56,760 nt of DNA from a virus (lineage: Duplodnaviria > Caudoviricetes), in IMG/VR virus record IMGVR_UViG_3300044691_000555, positions 1 through 56,760 of that record. One strand, written 5' to 3'. How positions within the stretch are numbered: the first letter of the stretch is position 1; each line of letters opens with the position of its first letter. This document shows, piece by piece, positions 1 to 8,281 of this stretch. The notes beneath the pieces were generated by a model. The model saw nothing but the letters and a program-made list of their open reading frames with translations. It was not told the DNA's origin and ran no database searches. A program made the position numbers and the translations under genes.

Positions 1-159
1 CCCATTTATGGCCGCGGCGAAAAGCGGCCGGGAAGGACCCGTTCGAAGGGCCATCGGTTCCCCGAACCGCCCACCGTTCAGGCGCCGAGCACGCGGTAGA
101 GTTCGTGTGCGATGCGCCCGGGCAGGTCGCGGTCGACCGTGCCGAAGAACGCGGCCTCC
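1..159 (+). repeat. Terminal overlap, copy 1
   Basis: 61-159 is identical to 56662-56760 (99 nt); 1-60 differs from 56602-56661 at 7 positions. Confidence 0.95.
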
Positions 160-638
160 GATTGACCCGTGACCATCTCTTCCGGGATGAACAGGCCGGA
201 CTTGATCGTGGTCAGCGGCTTGCGGCTCGACCCGACGCGCTTCAGCACGGCGCCGCCGAGGTTGAGCGCCTTGCGATTGGGGAAGCGACCGCCCTTCATA
301 AAAGTCCCGGCATATATCCGGCGGCTGTTCCACGGCGCGGCGGACACACCCTTGCGGGTCTCACGCGCCGCAAAGAACTTCAGGCGGATGTTGCCGCCCT
401 TGCTGCGGATGGTGTAGGCGCCGGCCCCGAAGGCCTTGGTCGCCTTCACCGCACGAACGATGGTCTTGCGCTTCAGCCCGGTCTGCCCGACCAGCACGCG
501 GCGCATCTGGGTTAGCGCCTTGTCGCCGGTGTGGTTGATCGCGCGATTGAGGATCAGCGGTACTTGCGAGCCTGCGGCATGCAGCGCGTTCGATATCCGC
601 AGCAGTGGCGTCAGATCATATTTGATCGAGATCGTCAT
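78..638 (-). CDS. Phage minor tail protein, gpZ-like
   Basis: Start MTISIKYD overlaps upstream stop (ATGA); basic protein with 'LNRAINHTG..TQMRR' pattern; lies next to cos/terminase. Confidence 0.6.
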   Translation of the reverse strand: MTISIKYDLTPLLRISNALHAAGSQVPLILNRAINHTGDKALTQMRRVLVGQTGLKRKTIVRAVKATKAFGAGAYTIRSKGGNIRLKFFAARETRKGVSAAPWNSRRIYAGTFMKGGRFPNRKALNLGGAVLKRVGSSRKPLTTIKSGLFIPEEMVTGQSEAAFFGTVDRDLPGRIAHELYRVLGA

Positions 639-820
639 CGCCGCGTCAAACGCATCCGCGCTGCGGACGCCCGTAACCGCAACAGCGCAGCAGCATCCTG
701 TGCCGCCGATTTGATGACGAAGCGGGCTTGATCGGCCGCAATCTTGACGTCGCCTCGCGCGACGGCAACCGCCGCCGTGGCGATCGCCGTTCTCCGTTCG
801 TTGCAGCCACAGCCCATCAT
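635..820 (-). CDS. Small hypothetical protein (MMGCGCNERR...)
   Basis: Stop overlaps next start (ATGA); N-terminal CGC motif. Confidence 0.5.
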   Translation of the reverse strand: MMGCGCNERRTAIATAAVAVARGDVKIAADQARFVIKSAAQDAAALLRLRASAARMRLTRR

Positions 821-935
821 CGTCTTCATAAAAGGAAAGAGGGCCGCTTGAGTGAACAAGCAGCCCAAGTCCAGGGAGGAAACGCCCAAGGAGGGCAGCG
901 ATAGCGCGAGGCGCTACCGCACACCCTATGCAACG

Positions 936-968
936 AAAAACGCCGCCAGCATCGGGGCTGACGGCGTT
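936..968 (-). terminator. Intrinsic terminator at the start of the late operon
   Basis: Stem AACGCCG.CAGC/GCTG.CGGCGTT followed by a T run on the minus strand. Confidence 0.65.
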
Positions 969-1040
969 CGGAAATTCCGTTTCCATTGCAGCGGCAGACC
1001 CCGTGGTTTTGGGGTGGCTGAGGGGTGGCTACCCCTATGG

Positions 1041-1724
1041 CTATATCTTTTCGATCTGATCCAGCGACAACTCAACCGGGGTCTGACGACCGAAGATGTC
1101 GACAAGTAGGTGTACGCGGTCTGATTCGTCAATGTCTTCGATCGAAACAATCCCCGCTTTCGTCCCATCCATCCATTTCGGCACTTCAATGACCGTCCCG
1201 CCGAAGGAAGCGAACGGCCCGTCCGACACCCTGACCTGCTCACCAACGAGATATGCAAATTGCGTGATCTTGGTGACCCCCGGCACGGCGCCGTCGACCT
1301 CAAGGCCCTGAATTTCAGCGATCATTTTCCACGGCACCTCGACCGGCAGATTGTTGGCGCAGACCAGCCCACGAATGTGCGCCATCTTGAAAATCTCCCG
1401 CCATCGGTCGCCTGCATCGAGATAGTCGATGAACGCATAACCAGGGAAAAACGGCTCGACCTTTTCGCGCATCGGTTTGAACGCCGATCGGCGCTGCGAG
1501 TGCGATAGCTTGCTGCGCGGCACTGGCGTGAAGATGCGCATCAGCGGACGATAGAGTTTGATGCTCTGGCGATCGAGAAAATCGACCGTTAGGCTGTCGA
1601 TCCGGTCGCTAATCTGCACCAAATTCCAGATGTGCTCCGCAGGCTTTGACGCATCGACCTTCAGTGTCGGTTCGACGTAGCCGACAACATCGTTTTTCTG
1701 AGCATTCACATAGGATTTTTTCAT
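1041..1724 (-). CDS. NusG-family antiterminator (probable late-gene regulator)
   Basis: NGN-like 'PFFPGYAFI', KOW 'GEQVRVSDGPFASFGGTV', C-terminal 'VDIFGRQTPVEL'; last early gene (lambda Q position). Confidence 0.85.
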   Translation of the reverse strand: MKKSYVNAQKNDVVGYVEPTLKVDASKPAEHIWNLVQISDRIDSLTVDFLDRQSIKLYRPLMRIFTPVPRSKLSHSQRRSAFKPMREKVEPFFPGYAFIDYLDAGDRWREIFKMAHIRGLVCANNLPVEVPWKMIAEIQGLEVDGAVPGVTKITQFAYLVGEQVRVSDGPFASFGGTVIEVPKWMDGTKAGIVSIEDIDESDRVHLLVDIFGRQTPVELSLDQIEKI

Positions 1725-3076
1725 TCCGTCCCTCCAGTCGTCGGCGATATCGTTCCATCCTTCCGTGGCGGCCATGGAATCGGCACTGGCAAGCCCTGCT
1801 CTGAGCGCCGCATCCGGAAATCCGCATGCGATGGCGACAATCCGTGCACGGCCGGATCGAACGGCTCCAGCCAGCGCTTGCGTGGTTCGGCCCATAGCCC
1901 GGTCCATGCGTGCAATCTTGCGCGCCAGGCGTTGAACGCGTTGCTATCCGTTGGCGCCGTCGGCCAATTGCCGATGTCATCAGTGGCAAAGCGCGCCATC
2001 GCCGCAAGATCAGCATCGATCGGAATCGCGCGCCACAGACCACGCCCTCGCTGCGGATCGTCGATCAGCCTCGGTGGCGGCAGATCGAGAATGCGATAGA
2101 CCACCGTCAGCGCCGCGGTTTCCGCTTCGGTAATCCAGACCGGCTCGCGTGCCTTTTCCGGCAGCCTGGCCTGCGGGAAATTGTCGAAGATGCGGTCTTT
2201 CAGGAAGCGCTCCGGCCGAACCGGTGCCGGTTTTGGTTTCGTGGCGGCCAGCTTTTTGGCGTATTCCGGCGACGCCGCCGCGGCCAGCGCTTGTTCCCGC
2301 GGCGGCATCGCAGCGAAAACCGGCAACACCTTGAGCCATGCCCACCGCTCGCGGTCCGGATAGTTCGATTTGAAATAGGCGAAGTGCTCCGGTTCCTGCT
2401 GGCCTTCCGTTTCCTGATCATCGTGATGATCCAAACGCTCCCCGGAGGGGAGTTGAGGGGAGAATTCAGGTTCAGGTTCAGAGATTAGACCCTTCCCGCA
2501 GTGGGAGGGCTGCGGTACCGCTGCGGTAGGGCTGGCCGAATTCAGCCCTTGCTGGTGGCCAGGGCTAATCGGCTGGCTGGCGGGATTTAGCCCTATCTGG
2601 CTGGCAGGGCTAAACGAGGTTTCCGCATCGTCGGCGCCGGCGCGGTCCGGATTTAGCCCTTGCTGGTGGCCAGGGCTATCGTCGTCGGCCGCGACACTCC
2701 GACCGAGCGTGCGCGCCTCGATATCGTCTTCGTCCGCCTCGATCTGCAGCTTGATCAGGTCGCTGGTGCGTTTGCCCTTGCCGTCGCCGTTGCGGCGGCC
2801 CTTCTCGTCGATCCATTGCGGGAACCGGACGATGACGCCGACCTCCTCGAGCCAGACCAGCCGCCGCCGCACGGTTTGCTCCGACAGTTCGGTGTCCTGC
2901 GCCAGCTGCGGAATGCCGACGAAGCAATAGCCGTCGCCGTCGACATAGAGCGTCAGCATGCTCAGAATCAATTTGGCCTGTGCGTTGTGAAGCCGCAGAT
3001 TGCGCGCCCAGGCATGCGCTTCGTCGGCGGCGACCCGCCGTTTCCGGCGCCGGTCGCTTGCAGCGGTGGTCGTCAT
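1721..3076 (-). CDS. Replication initiator with N-terminal HTH
   Basis: 'CFVGIPQLAQDTELSEQTVRRRLVWLEEVG' wHTH; internal iteron-like repeats; start MTTTAAS. Confidence 0.8.
   Translation of the reverse strand: MTTTAASDRRRKRRVAADEAHAWARNLRLHNAQAKLILSMLTLYVDGDGYCFVGIPQLAQDTELSEQTVRRRLVWLEEVGVIVRFPQWIDEKGRRNGDGKGKRTSDLIKLQIEADEDDIEARTLGRSVAADDDSPGHQQGLNPDRAGADDAETSFSPASQIGLNPASQPISPGHQQGLNSASPTAAVPQPSHCGKGLISEPEPEFSPQLPSGERLDHHDDQETEGQQEPEHFAYFKSNYPDRERWAWLKVLPVFAAMPPREQALAAAASPEYAKKLAATKPKPAPVRPERFLKDRIFDNFPQARLPEKAREPVWITEAETAALTVVYRILDLPPPRLIDDPQRGRGLWRAIPIDADLAAMARFATDDIGNWPTAPTDSNAFNAWRARLHAWTGLWAEPRKRWLEPFDPAVHGLSPSHADFRMRRSEQGLPVPIPWPPRKDGTISPTTGGTE
2488..2678. repeat. Iteron cluster, putative replication origin
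   Basis: AGCCCT-N11-AGGGCT at 2544-2566, 2589-2611 and 2655-2677, plus a degenerate copy at 2488-2511. Confidence 0.75.
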
Positions 3077-3138
3077 TTCCAATGGTCTCGTGATGCTCGG
3101 GGAAAACTGGACGCGGAACGCAACGGGCACAAAAGGTT

Positions 3139-3492
3139 CTATTCGGCGGCCTCGCTCGCCTTTGGCAGCGCCCGACAGCGGGCGATCTGTTCGAGTTTGT
3201 GCCGGCCACGCGTCACGCGCTCGGCGTCGCCGCTGCCGATATCGAGCTTGGCCATGTGCTCGACAGGGCCGTATTTGTCGGTCAGCACCGCGCCGTATTT
3301 GCGCGCCAGATGCTTCTTGCCGAGGCCGATATCGAAATGCACCCACGACGCCTTGGGCGGCTGCTGCAGCCATTTCTGCTGCAGCCCGATGCGCCGGGCC
3401 ATCGCCAGCAGTTCGTCGAGCGTATCGGCCCACATGTGGCGCATCGTCATGTGACGGAACTTGTGCCTGACGTCGTCGACATAGACCGTCAT
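3139..3492 (-). CDS. DUF4031-like protein
   Basis: 'MTVYVDD...HMWADTLDELLAMARRIGL...HFDI' pattern. Confidence 0.75.
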   Translation of the reverse strand: MTVYVDDVRHKFRHMTMRHMWADTLDELLAMARRIGLQQKWLQQPPKASWVHFDIGLGKKHLARKYGAVLTDKYGPVEHMAKLDIGSGDAERVTRGRHKLEQIARCRALPKASEAAE

Positions 3493-4367
3493 TCAGCGGC
3501 CCCTTCCATCAGCGTGTGGAAGTTGCGCTTGTCGCGATCGAGAGCTGCTGCAGCCGCCGGATTGATCCACAGCACTTCGGTGCGCGGCCGCGCGCCATCG
3601 GCCAGCGCCGCGAATTCGATGCGCCGCCAGTCGTGCAAGGCGTCGTCGTAGAGCGGGTGGGCGTAGCCGGACAGCACCACCATGCCGATCAGACCCCGGA
3701 GCGTCTCCAACAGCCTGACGTGCCCCCCCCCGTCGAGTTCGTGCTTATAGGCGGACTTGCCGCCCTTGAACATCGAACGGGTGTCGTGGACGTAGGGCGG
3801 GTCGACATAATGCAGCGACGTCGGCGCATCGTGGCGGGTCAGCACGATCAGCGCGTCGCGATGCTCGATCACGACGCCGCGCATGCGCTCGATGATCGCG
3901 CCATAGGCGTCCGGCAGATTCTGCCAGTCCTGCGCCGGCGTGGTGCCGCTGCGGTTCGAGTTCGAGCGGAAGCCCGTCGATTGATGCCCGCGTTGCGTCG
4001 CCGAATGGGCGTTGCTGCCAAACCCCATGAACGAGCGGATCACCAGCCGCCGCGCGCGCTCGACCGGATCGTCGGCGGGCTCATAGGCGATCTCGAATTC
4101 GCGCCTGGCGAACGGCGTCAGCCGCAGCAGTTCGATCAATCGGCAGGCCTGCGCCGGATCCTGCATCACCCGGAACAGCCCGACGATGTCGTCGTCAAGA
4201 TCGTTGTAGATCTCGGCATGGCTGCGCGGCTTGTGCAGCAGCACGCCGGCGCCACCGCCGAACGCCTCGGTGTAGAGCCGATGTGCCGGCAGGTATGGAA
4301 TGATCTGGCGCGACATCAGGAATTTGCCGCCGTGCCAGCGGACTGGTGGGCGTGTGATCGCGTTCAT
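3489..4367 (-). CDS. dam: DNA adenine methyltransferase, Dam/D12 class
   Basis: 'WHGGK', 'EAFGGGAGV', 'YNDLD', catalytic 'YVDPPY'. Confidence 0.9.
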   Translation of the reverse strand: MNAITRPPVRWHGGKFLMSRQIIPYLPAHRLYTEAFGGGAGVLLHKPRSHAEIYNDLDDDIVGLFRVMQDPAQACRLIELLRLTPFARREFEIAYEPADDPVERARRLVIRSFMGFGSNAHSATQRGHQSTGFRSNSNRSGTTPAQDWQNLPDAYGAIIERMRGVVIEHRDALIVLTRHDAPTSLHYVDPPYVHDTRSMFKGGKSAYKHELDGGGHVRLLETLRGLIGMVVLSGYAHPLYDDALHDWRRIEFAALADGARPRTEVLWINPAAAAALDRDKRNFHTLMEGAAE

Positions 4368-5368
4368 GCCGAAGTCCCTTTCTTCGGCACGCTGATTCCG
4401 AGGCTCCGGATCAGGTTGGTGCTATCGGCCCAGCGCGCGTGACCGAGCCATGCTGCCAGGAATTTTCGCAACCGCTCGTAATCGCCGGCGGCCCGGTACG
4501 CCGCGATTTTGCGCCGCGCCCGCGTCACGCTGTCCTTGCGCAGCAGCTTGTGGCTGGCCCAGATCCGGTAGCCGAGGAAATTGACGCCGCGCGAGACCGG
4601 CGCGATCTGCCATTTCGAGACCCGCAGCCCGAGTTGCTGGCGCGAGAATGCCTCGATCGCTTCCTTGACCCGCCGCAGATGCTCGGAACTGCGGCCGAGC
4701 ACCACGATGTCGTCCATGTAGCGGTACCAGACCCGCTCGCCGAGGGTCTGTTGCAGATAGCGGTCGAGCGTGGCGCCAGCATAGAGATTGGCGAAAATCT
4801 GCGACGTCAGGCTGCCGATCGGCAGGCCGATGCCGGCGCGCGGCACCATCGCTTCGATCAGTTTTAGCGTGGCGCGGCAGGAAATCTTGGCCTCGATCAG
4901 CCGCCACAGCACCTTGCGCTCGATCGAGGCGAAATAGGCCGAGAAATCCGTCTTGAGGAAGTAGAGCGGGCCATCGCGGGACTCGCGCCGCAACTCGCTC
5001 TGCAGCAGCACCACGCCGGCATGCGTCCCCTTGCCCGGACGGCAGGCGAATGCCCGCGGCAGCAGCGCGCGGTCGAAGATCGGCGCGATCACCAGGCACA
5101 GCGCCTGCTGCGCGATGCGGTCGCGGAACGGCAGCGCCGAGATCAGCCGCAGCTTTGGATCGAACACGTGGAACTGGTGCGGCGGACCGGCAACGTAGCG
5201 GCCGTCTGCGACGTCCCGGGCGAGATCGGCAAGGTTGAGCGCCGAAAATTCCTTGAATTCGAGATAGCCCGGCGTCAGCCGCTTGCCGGCGGCGGTCAGG
5301 CGCAGTGCCGCTTCCATGTTGCGCGGCGAGGTGATGTTGCCGATCAGATTGCGGTAGCGCTTTGTCAT
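4364..5368 (-). CDS. DGR reverse transcriptase
   Basis: YMDD catalytic motif; DGR-type 'GLPIGSLTSQIFAN' (GxxxSQ); 334 aa with no maturase or endonuclease domain; adjacent to TR and avd. Confidence 0.96.
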   Translation of the reverse strand: MTKRYRNLIGNITSPRNMEAALRLTAAGKRLTPGYLEFKEFSALNLADLARDVADGRYVAGPPHQFHVFDPKLRLISALPFRDRIAQQALCLVIAPIFDRALLPRAFACRPGKGTHAGVVLLQSELRRESRDGPLYFLKTDFSAYFASIERKVLWRLIEAKISCRATLKLIEAMVPRAGIGLPIGSLTSQIFANLYAGATLDRYLQQTLGERVWYRYMDDIVVLGRSSEHLRRVKEAIEAFSRQQLGLRVSKWQIAPVSRGVNFLGYRIWASHKLLRKDSVTRARRKIAAYRAAGDYERLRKFLAAWLGHARWADSTNLIRSLGISVPKKGTSA

Positions 5369-5691
5369 GACGCCCCCGCTGAAAAACCGGCCGCGGGTCT
5401 CGACAGCCGCAAATTGATGCGACCGCTACGCCCCGCTCTGCCGGACCGTGAAGTGTGTTCGCCGAAGCAGGACAGTCGGGCTGACCACCAGCCTTGGCTG
5501 AGTGTGATCCGCCGGCGCGACCGTGATCGTTGCCGAGCAGCAATCAGCATAAGGTCGTCACTGCGGCCGCGGGCGCCGAAGTTCTCGTTCGAATTGCCGG
5601 GGAAGTTGTACGCGACGTTCGCCTGGCGCGAGCCCGCGTCGTCGTCGTTCCACCAGTTCCCGCCGAACAAGGAAGCGCGCGGCTGCATCAT
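5365..5691 (-). other. Open reading frame spanning TR and spacer (108 codons)
   Basis: ATG overlaps avd stop, TGA overlaps RT start; same frame as the VR-encoded peptide; translation unproven. Confidence 0.45.
5557..5683 (-). repeat. DGR template repeat (TR)
   Basis: 127-nt repeat of both VRs; AAC-rich; differs from them only at its adenines. Confidence 0.96.
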
Positions 5692-6098
5692 TTCCCCGCC
5701 TGCCCCATCGGACGCGCGGACGCGTCAGATGCTTTCAGCTTCCTTTGCCATGCGCCGAGCATTTTTCCGGGCTCCGCCAGTAGCGCCAAGGCGGCGACAT
5801 GCTGTTTCGGGCCGAGGATTTTGATGTCGCCGCGACTGAGGAAGCGCAGGAATGACCGCAAGGTCGCGAACTCGGCATCGACGGCGTAGAGCCGCGACAC
5901 CTGCCTCGATTTTGCGGCATGGTAGAGGCCGCCGATCGGCCCGAACAGCGCCGCCAGCACGGCATCCCGGAGGACACCATGCCGGCGCGGCGCGTTCTGC
6001 AGGATCGGATAGAGATAGTTCACAAAGGCCTCGTATCGTTCCACGATCGCCAGGGCGTCGGTTGCTGAGTTTTCGTCCCTGACGATCTGAGTTTGCAT
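5688..6098 (-). CDS. avd: DGR accessory variability determinant Avd
   Basis: 136 aa helical protein with 'EPGKMLGAW' (Avd ExGxMxGGW-like motif); sits between target and TR. Confidence 0.92.
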   Translation of the reverse strand: MQTQIVRDENSATDALAIVERYEAFVNYLYPILQNAPRRHGVLRDAVLAALFGPIGGLYHAAKSRQVSRLYAVDAEFATLRSFLRFLSRGDIKILGPKQHVAALALLAEPGKMLGAWQRKLKASDASARPMGQAGK

Positions 6099-6107
6099 TG
6101 GCTAACC

Positions 6108-6127
6108 GCCGTCGCTGTCGCGCCGGC
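6108..6127 (-). promoter_or_regulatory. DGR target-recognition hairpin after VR1
   Basis: Minus strand GCCG-G-CGC[GACA]GCG-A-CGGC, a GRNA tetraloop. Confidence 0.75.
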
Positions 6128-7032
6128 TAGACAGGTTGCAGGTGGTCACTGCGGCCGCGGGCGCCGAAGTTCTCGTTCGAATTGCCGGGGAAGTTGTACG
6201 CGACGTCCGCCCGGCGCGAGCCCGCGTCGTCGCCGCCCCACCAGTACCCGCCGAACAAGGAAGCGCGCGGCGTGTCGGGGTCGCCGTCATGGCCCCACAC
6301 CCACAGATTGCCGGTTGCCTGCATCAGGCCGAACTTGCTGGTGCGCGGCGCGTCGAGCCCGGTCCTGACCGGATCATCGCCGATCGCCGTTTTTTCGGTG
6401 ACGCCGAACGCCGCGGCGAAAAACTCCTCGACGCTCAGCAGCCCCTTGCCATGCGCGGCCATCACGGCGGCCGCGGTGGCATAATCGAACCGCTTGTAGG
6501 TCTTGCCGGCGGGATCAAGCGGGCGGTCGTTGCCGTCGGCGATGGTGACGCCGAACTTGCTGGTGCCGTCCTCGGCGCAATTCGACCCGGTCAGATAGAT
6601 GTCGGCCCAGAATTTCCGGCCCAGCATCTCGACCAGCGCCATGCCGCGCGGATCCGGACACGCCGGGCGGAAATTCAGGTCCCACAGCGAGAACGGATTG
6701 ATTGCGGGAATCTCGTCGCCGCCGGCCCGCGCGGCCGCATTGCCGCCGGGCGCAAAGTGGAAGCCGCCGATATAGTCGGTTTCTTCCGGCGAACGCGTCG
6801 ACCGGAATGCGACGGGCGCGCCGCCGAGCGCCACGACATAGTCGGCGCCGGGCACCAGGCCCTGCTGCGGCAGCATCACCGGGGTATCTTCCGTCAGCGA
6901 CCGCTCGCCGAATGACGTTCCGGCCTTGACCAGCAGCGTATCGCGACCAGTCAGCTTCAGGACCGGCGAATGCACATCCATCTTGGTCAGGATCGATATC
7001 GGCCGATCTTCAAGTCTTGCTTGCTTGTTCAT
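6127..7032 (-). CDS. DGR target 1: Mtd-like C-type-lectin-fold protein lacking the N-terminal domain
   Basis: Mtd-like motifs 'GGFHFAPGGNA', 'SLWDLNFRP..DPRGM', 'FWADIYL', 'FGARGRSDHL'; C-terminal VR. Confidence 0.92.
   Translation of the reverse strand: MNKQARLEDRPISILTKMDVHSPVLKLTGRDTLLVKAGTSFGERSLTEDTPVMLPQQGLVPGADYVVALGGAPVAFRSTRSPEETDYIGGFHFAPGGNAAARAGGDEIPAINPFSLWDLNFRPACPDPRGMALVEMLGRKFWADIYLTGSNCAEDGTSKFGVTIADGNDRPLDPAGKTYKRFDYATAAAVMAAHGKGLLSVEEFFAAAFGVTEKTAIGDDPVRTGLDAPRTSKFGLMQATGNLWVWGHDGDPDTPRASLFGGYWWGGDDAGSRRADVAYNFPGNSNENFGARGRSDHLQPV
6145..6271 (-). repeat. DGR variable repeat VR1
   Basis: 6 mismatches to TR, all at TR adenines (5 A>G, 1 A>T). Confidence 0.95.
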
Positions 7033-7083
7033 GTCTCAGGCTCTCCAGGTTGCGCCGGCAGACCCTGCCGGCAGGGATTTGCT

Positions 7084-7827
7084 TCAGGCAGGCACCCACT
7101 GATCTCGGCCGACGCTGACGCCGGCGCCGAGCTGCAGCACCTGGCGTACCTTGGCGCGGGCGTTTTCCTTGCCGCGCGCCTTCGGGTGATCCTTGATCAG
7201 CTGCCAGATGTCGGCGACGCGGACCGGGCCCTCCATCGCGCGGATGGTTTCGCCGACCAGTTGCGCCCACGTCACATCGGCCAGGGCTTCGACCAGCACG
7301 AACCGCGGAAAAATCAGCGGCACGAACTGGCCGTTGAGCCCGCATGCGGCCAGCACGTCGGCATCGCCGTCGCCATAGGCGCACAGCACGGTCGGCGCGC
7401 CGCTATTGGCTGCGGCGCGATCGCCGCTCGGATAATGGAAATTTAGCCGGCCGCGCAGAAACAGCAGCGCATGCGCCCGTTCCCAGACGTGCCGGAAGAA
7501 CGCGTCGGTCTCGGTTCGCGCAAAGATGATGGTGGTGCCGCAACCATGCGACGCCAGCTTTTCCAGCCAGCGGCCGATGATGCCGTTGGTGTAGGGCGGA
7601 TTCAGCCAGACGCGCCCGAACCACGGCAACGCCAGCCCGTCATCGGCCTTGGTGTAGCGCGCCTTTGCCGTCGGCCAGGGCTGCACGTCCGGCGTCGCCG
7701 GGTCGAGATCGAAACTGGCGGCGCCGCCGAGTGCCGCCAGCACAGCCGGCGGCGTCAGCCATTCGACCGTCTGCGGCCGGTTGGAATGGTGACCGCCGAT
7801 GCCGGCGAAGCGTTGGGCCCGGTTCAT
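7084..7827 (-). CDS. Phage N6-adenine DNA methyltransferase
   Basis: 'EWLTPP', 'FDLDPA', 'VWLNPPY'. Confidence 0.85.
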   Translation of the reverse strand: MNRAQRFAGIGGHHSNRPQTVEWLTPPAVLAALGGAASFDLDPATPDVQPWPTAKARYTKADDGLALPWFGRVWLNPPYTNGIIGRWLEKLASHGCGTTIIFARTETDAFFRHVWERAHALLFLRGRLNFHYPSGDRAAANSGAPTVLCAYGDGDADVLAACGLNGQFVPLIFPRFVLVEALADVTWAQLVGETIRAMEGPVRVADIWQLIKDHPKARGKENARAKVRQVLQLGAGVSVGRDQWVPA

Positions 7828-8030
7828 GCGTCCACTCCCACCCGCTCACAGACCGGCGTACCCTCGCAATGAACCTGCTCGATGCCGCGCCAGTATTCGG
7901 TCCAGTGCCGGTCGCGACCGCCTTCGGTTTCATGGCGCGTGACCTTGACCAGGCCGCAATTGACACAATCGCGCTCGCTCTTGTGCGGAAACACGACCTT
8001 GTCGCCCCAACGATGGCGGGTTCCCGTCAT
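7824..8030 (-). CDS. Small Cys/His protein
   Basis: ATGA-coupled; HRW and CxxC motifs. Confidence 0.55.
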   Translation of the reverse strand: MTGTRHRWGDKVVFPHKSERDCVNCGLVKVTRHETEGGRDRHWTEYWRGIEQVHCEGTPVCERVGVDA

Positions 8031-8281
8031 CGGCCGAACCTCCGGAAGGTGTTCGAGACCAGAGCCACCGCGTCGAAACCGAGCAGGATCACGACAGCGA
8101 TGACGGCGCCGCCGAAAGCACCGATCACGGTGACGACGCGCACGGCGGCGAGGTTGAGCGCTTTTCCCGGCCCCATTCCGCCGCGACGATCGCACCAGCG
8201 CTGGCCGGTCATGATCGCCAGCACGGCGCCGATGATGCCGGCTGCGACGAACAGTGCGGCGATATCTGCCTTGGTCATCAT
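8027..8281 (-). CDS. Small membrane protein (2 TM)
   Basis: Two hydrophobic stretches; ATGA-coupled. Confidence 0.55.
   Translation of the reverse strand: MMTKADIAALFVAAGIIGAVLAIMTGQRWCDRRGGMGPGKALNLAAVRVVTVIGAFGGAVIAVVILLGFDAVALVSNTFRRFGR

Noticed and set aside
1-159. Biological direct terminal repeat (T7-like)
   Set aside because: The gpA-type terminase and cos motifs indicate cohesive ends; the exact 99-nt match fits an assembly overlap
2541-2678. CRISPR-like array
   Set aside because: Three in-frame repeats with unequal short spacers inside a CDS; no cas genes
4364-5368. RT as group II intron, retron or Abi RT
   Set aside because: Short, GxxxSQ motif, no maturase or endonuclease domain, and flanked by avd and an adenine-specific TR/VR set
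6102-6290. Alternate-frame ORFs over the VRs (also 17581-17868)
   Set aside because: By-products of the repeated sequence; no RBS or recognisable domain
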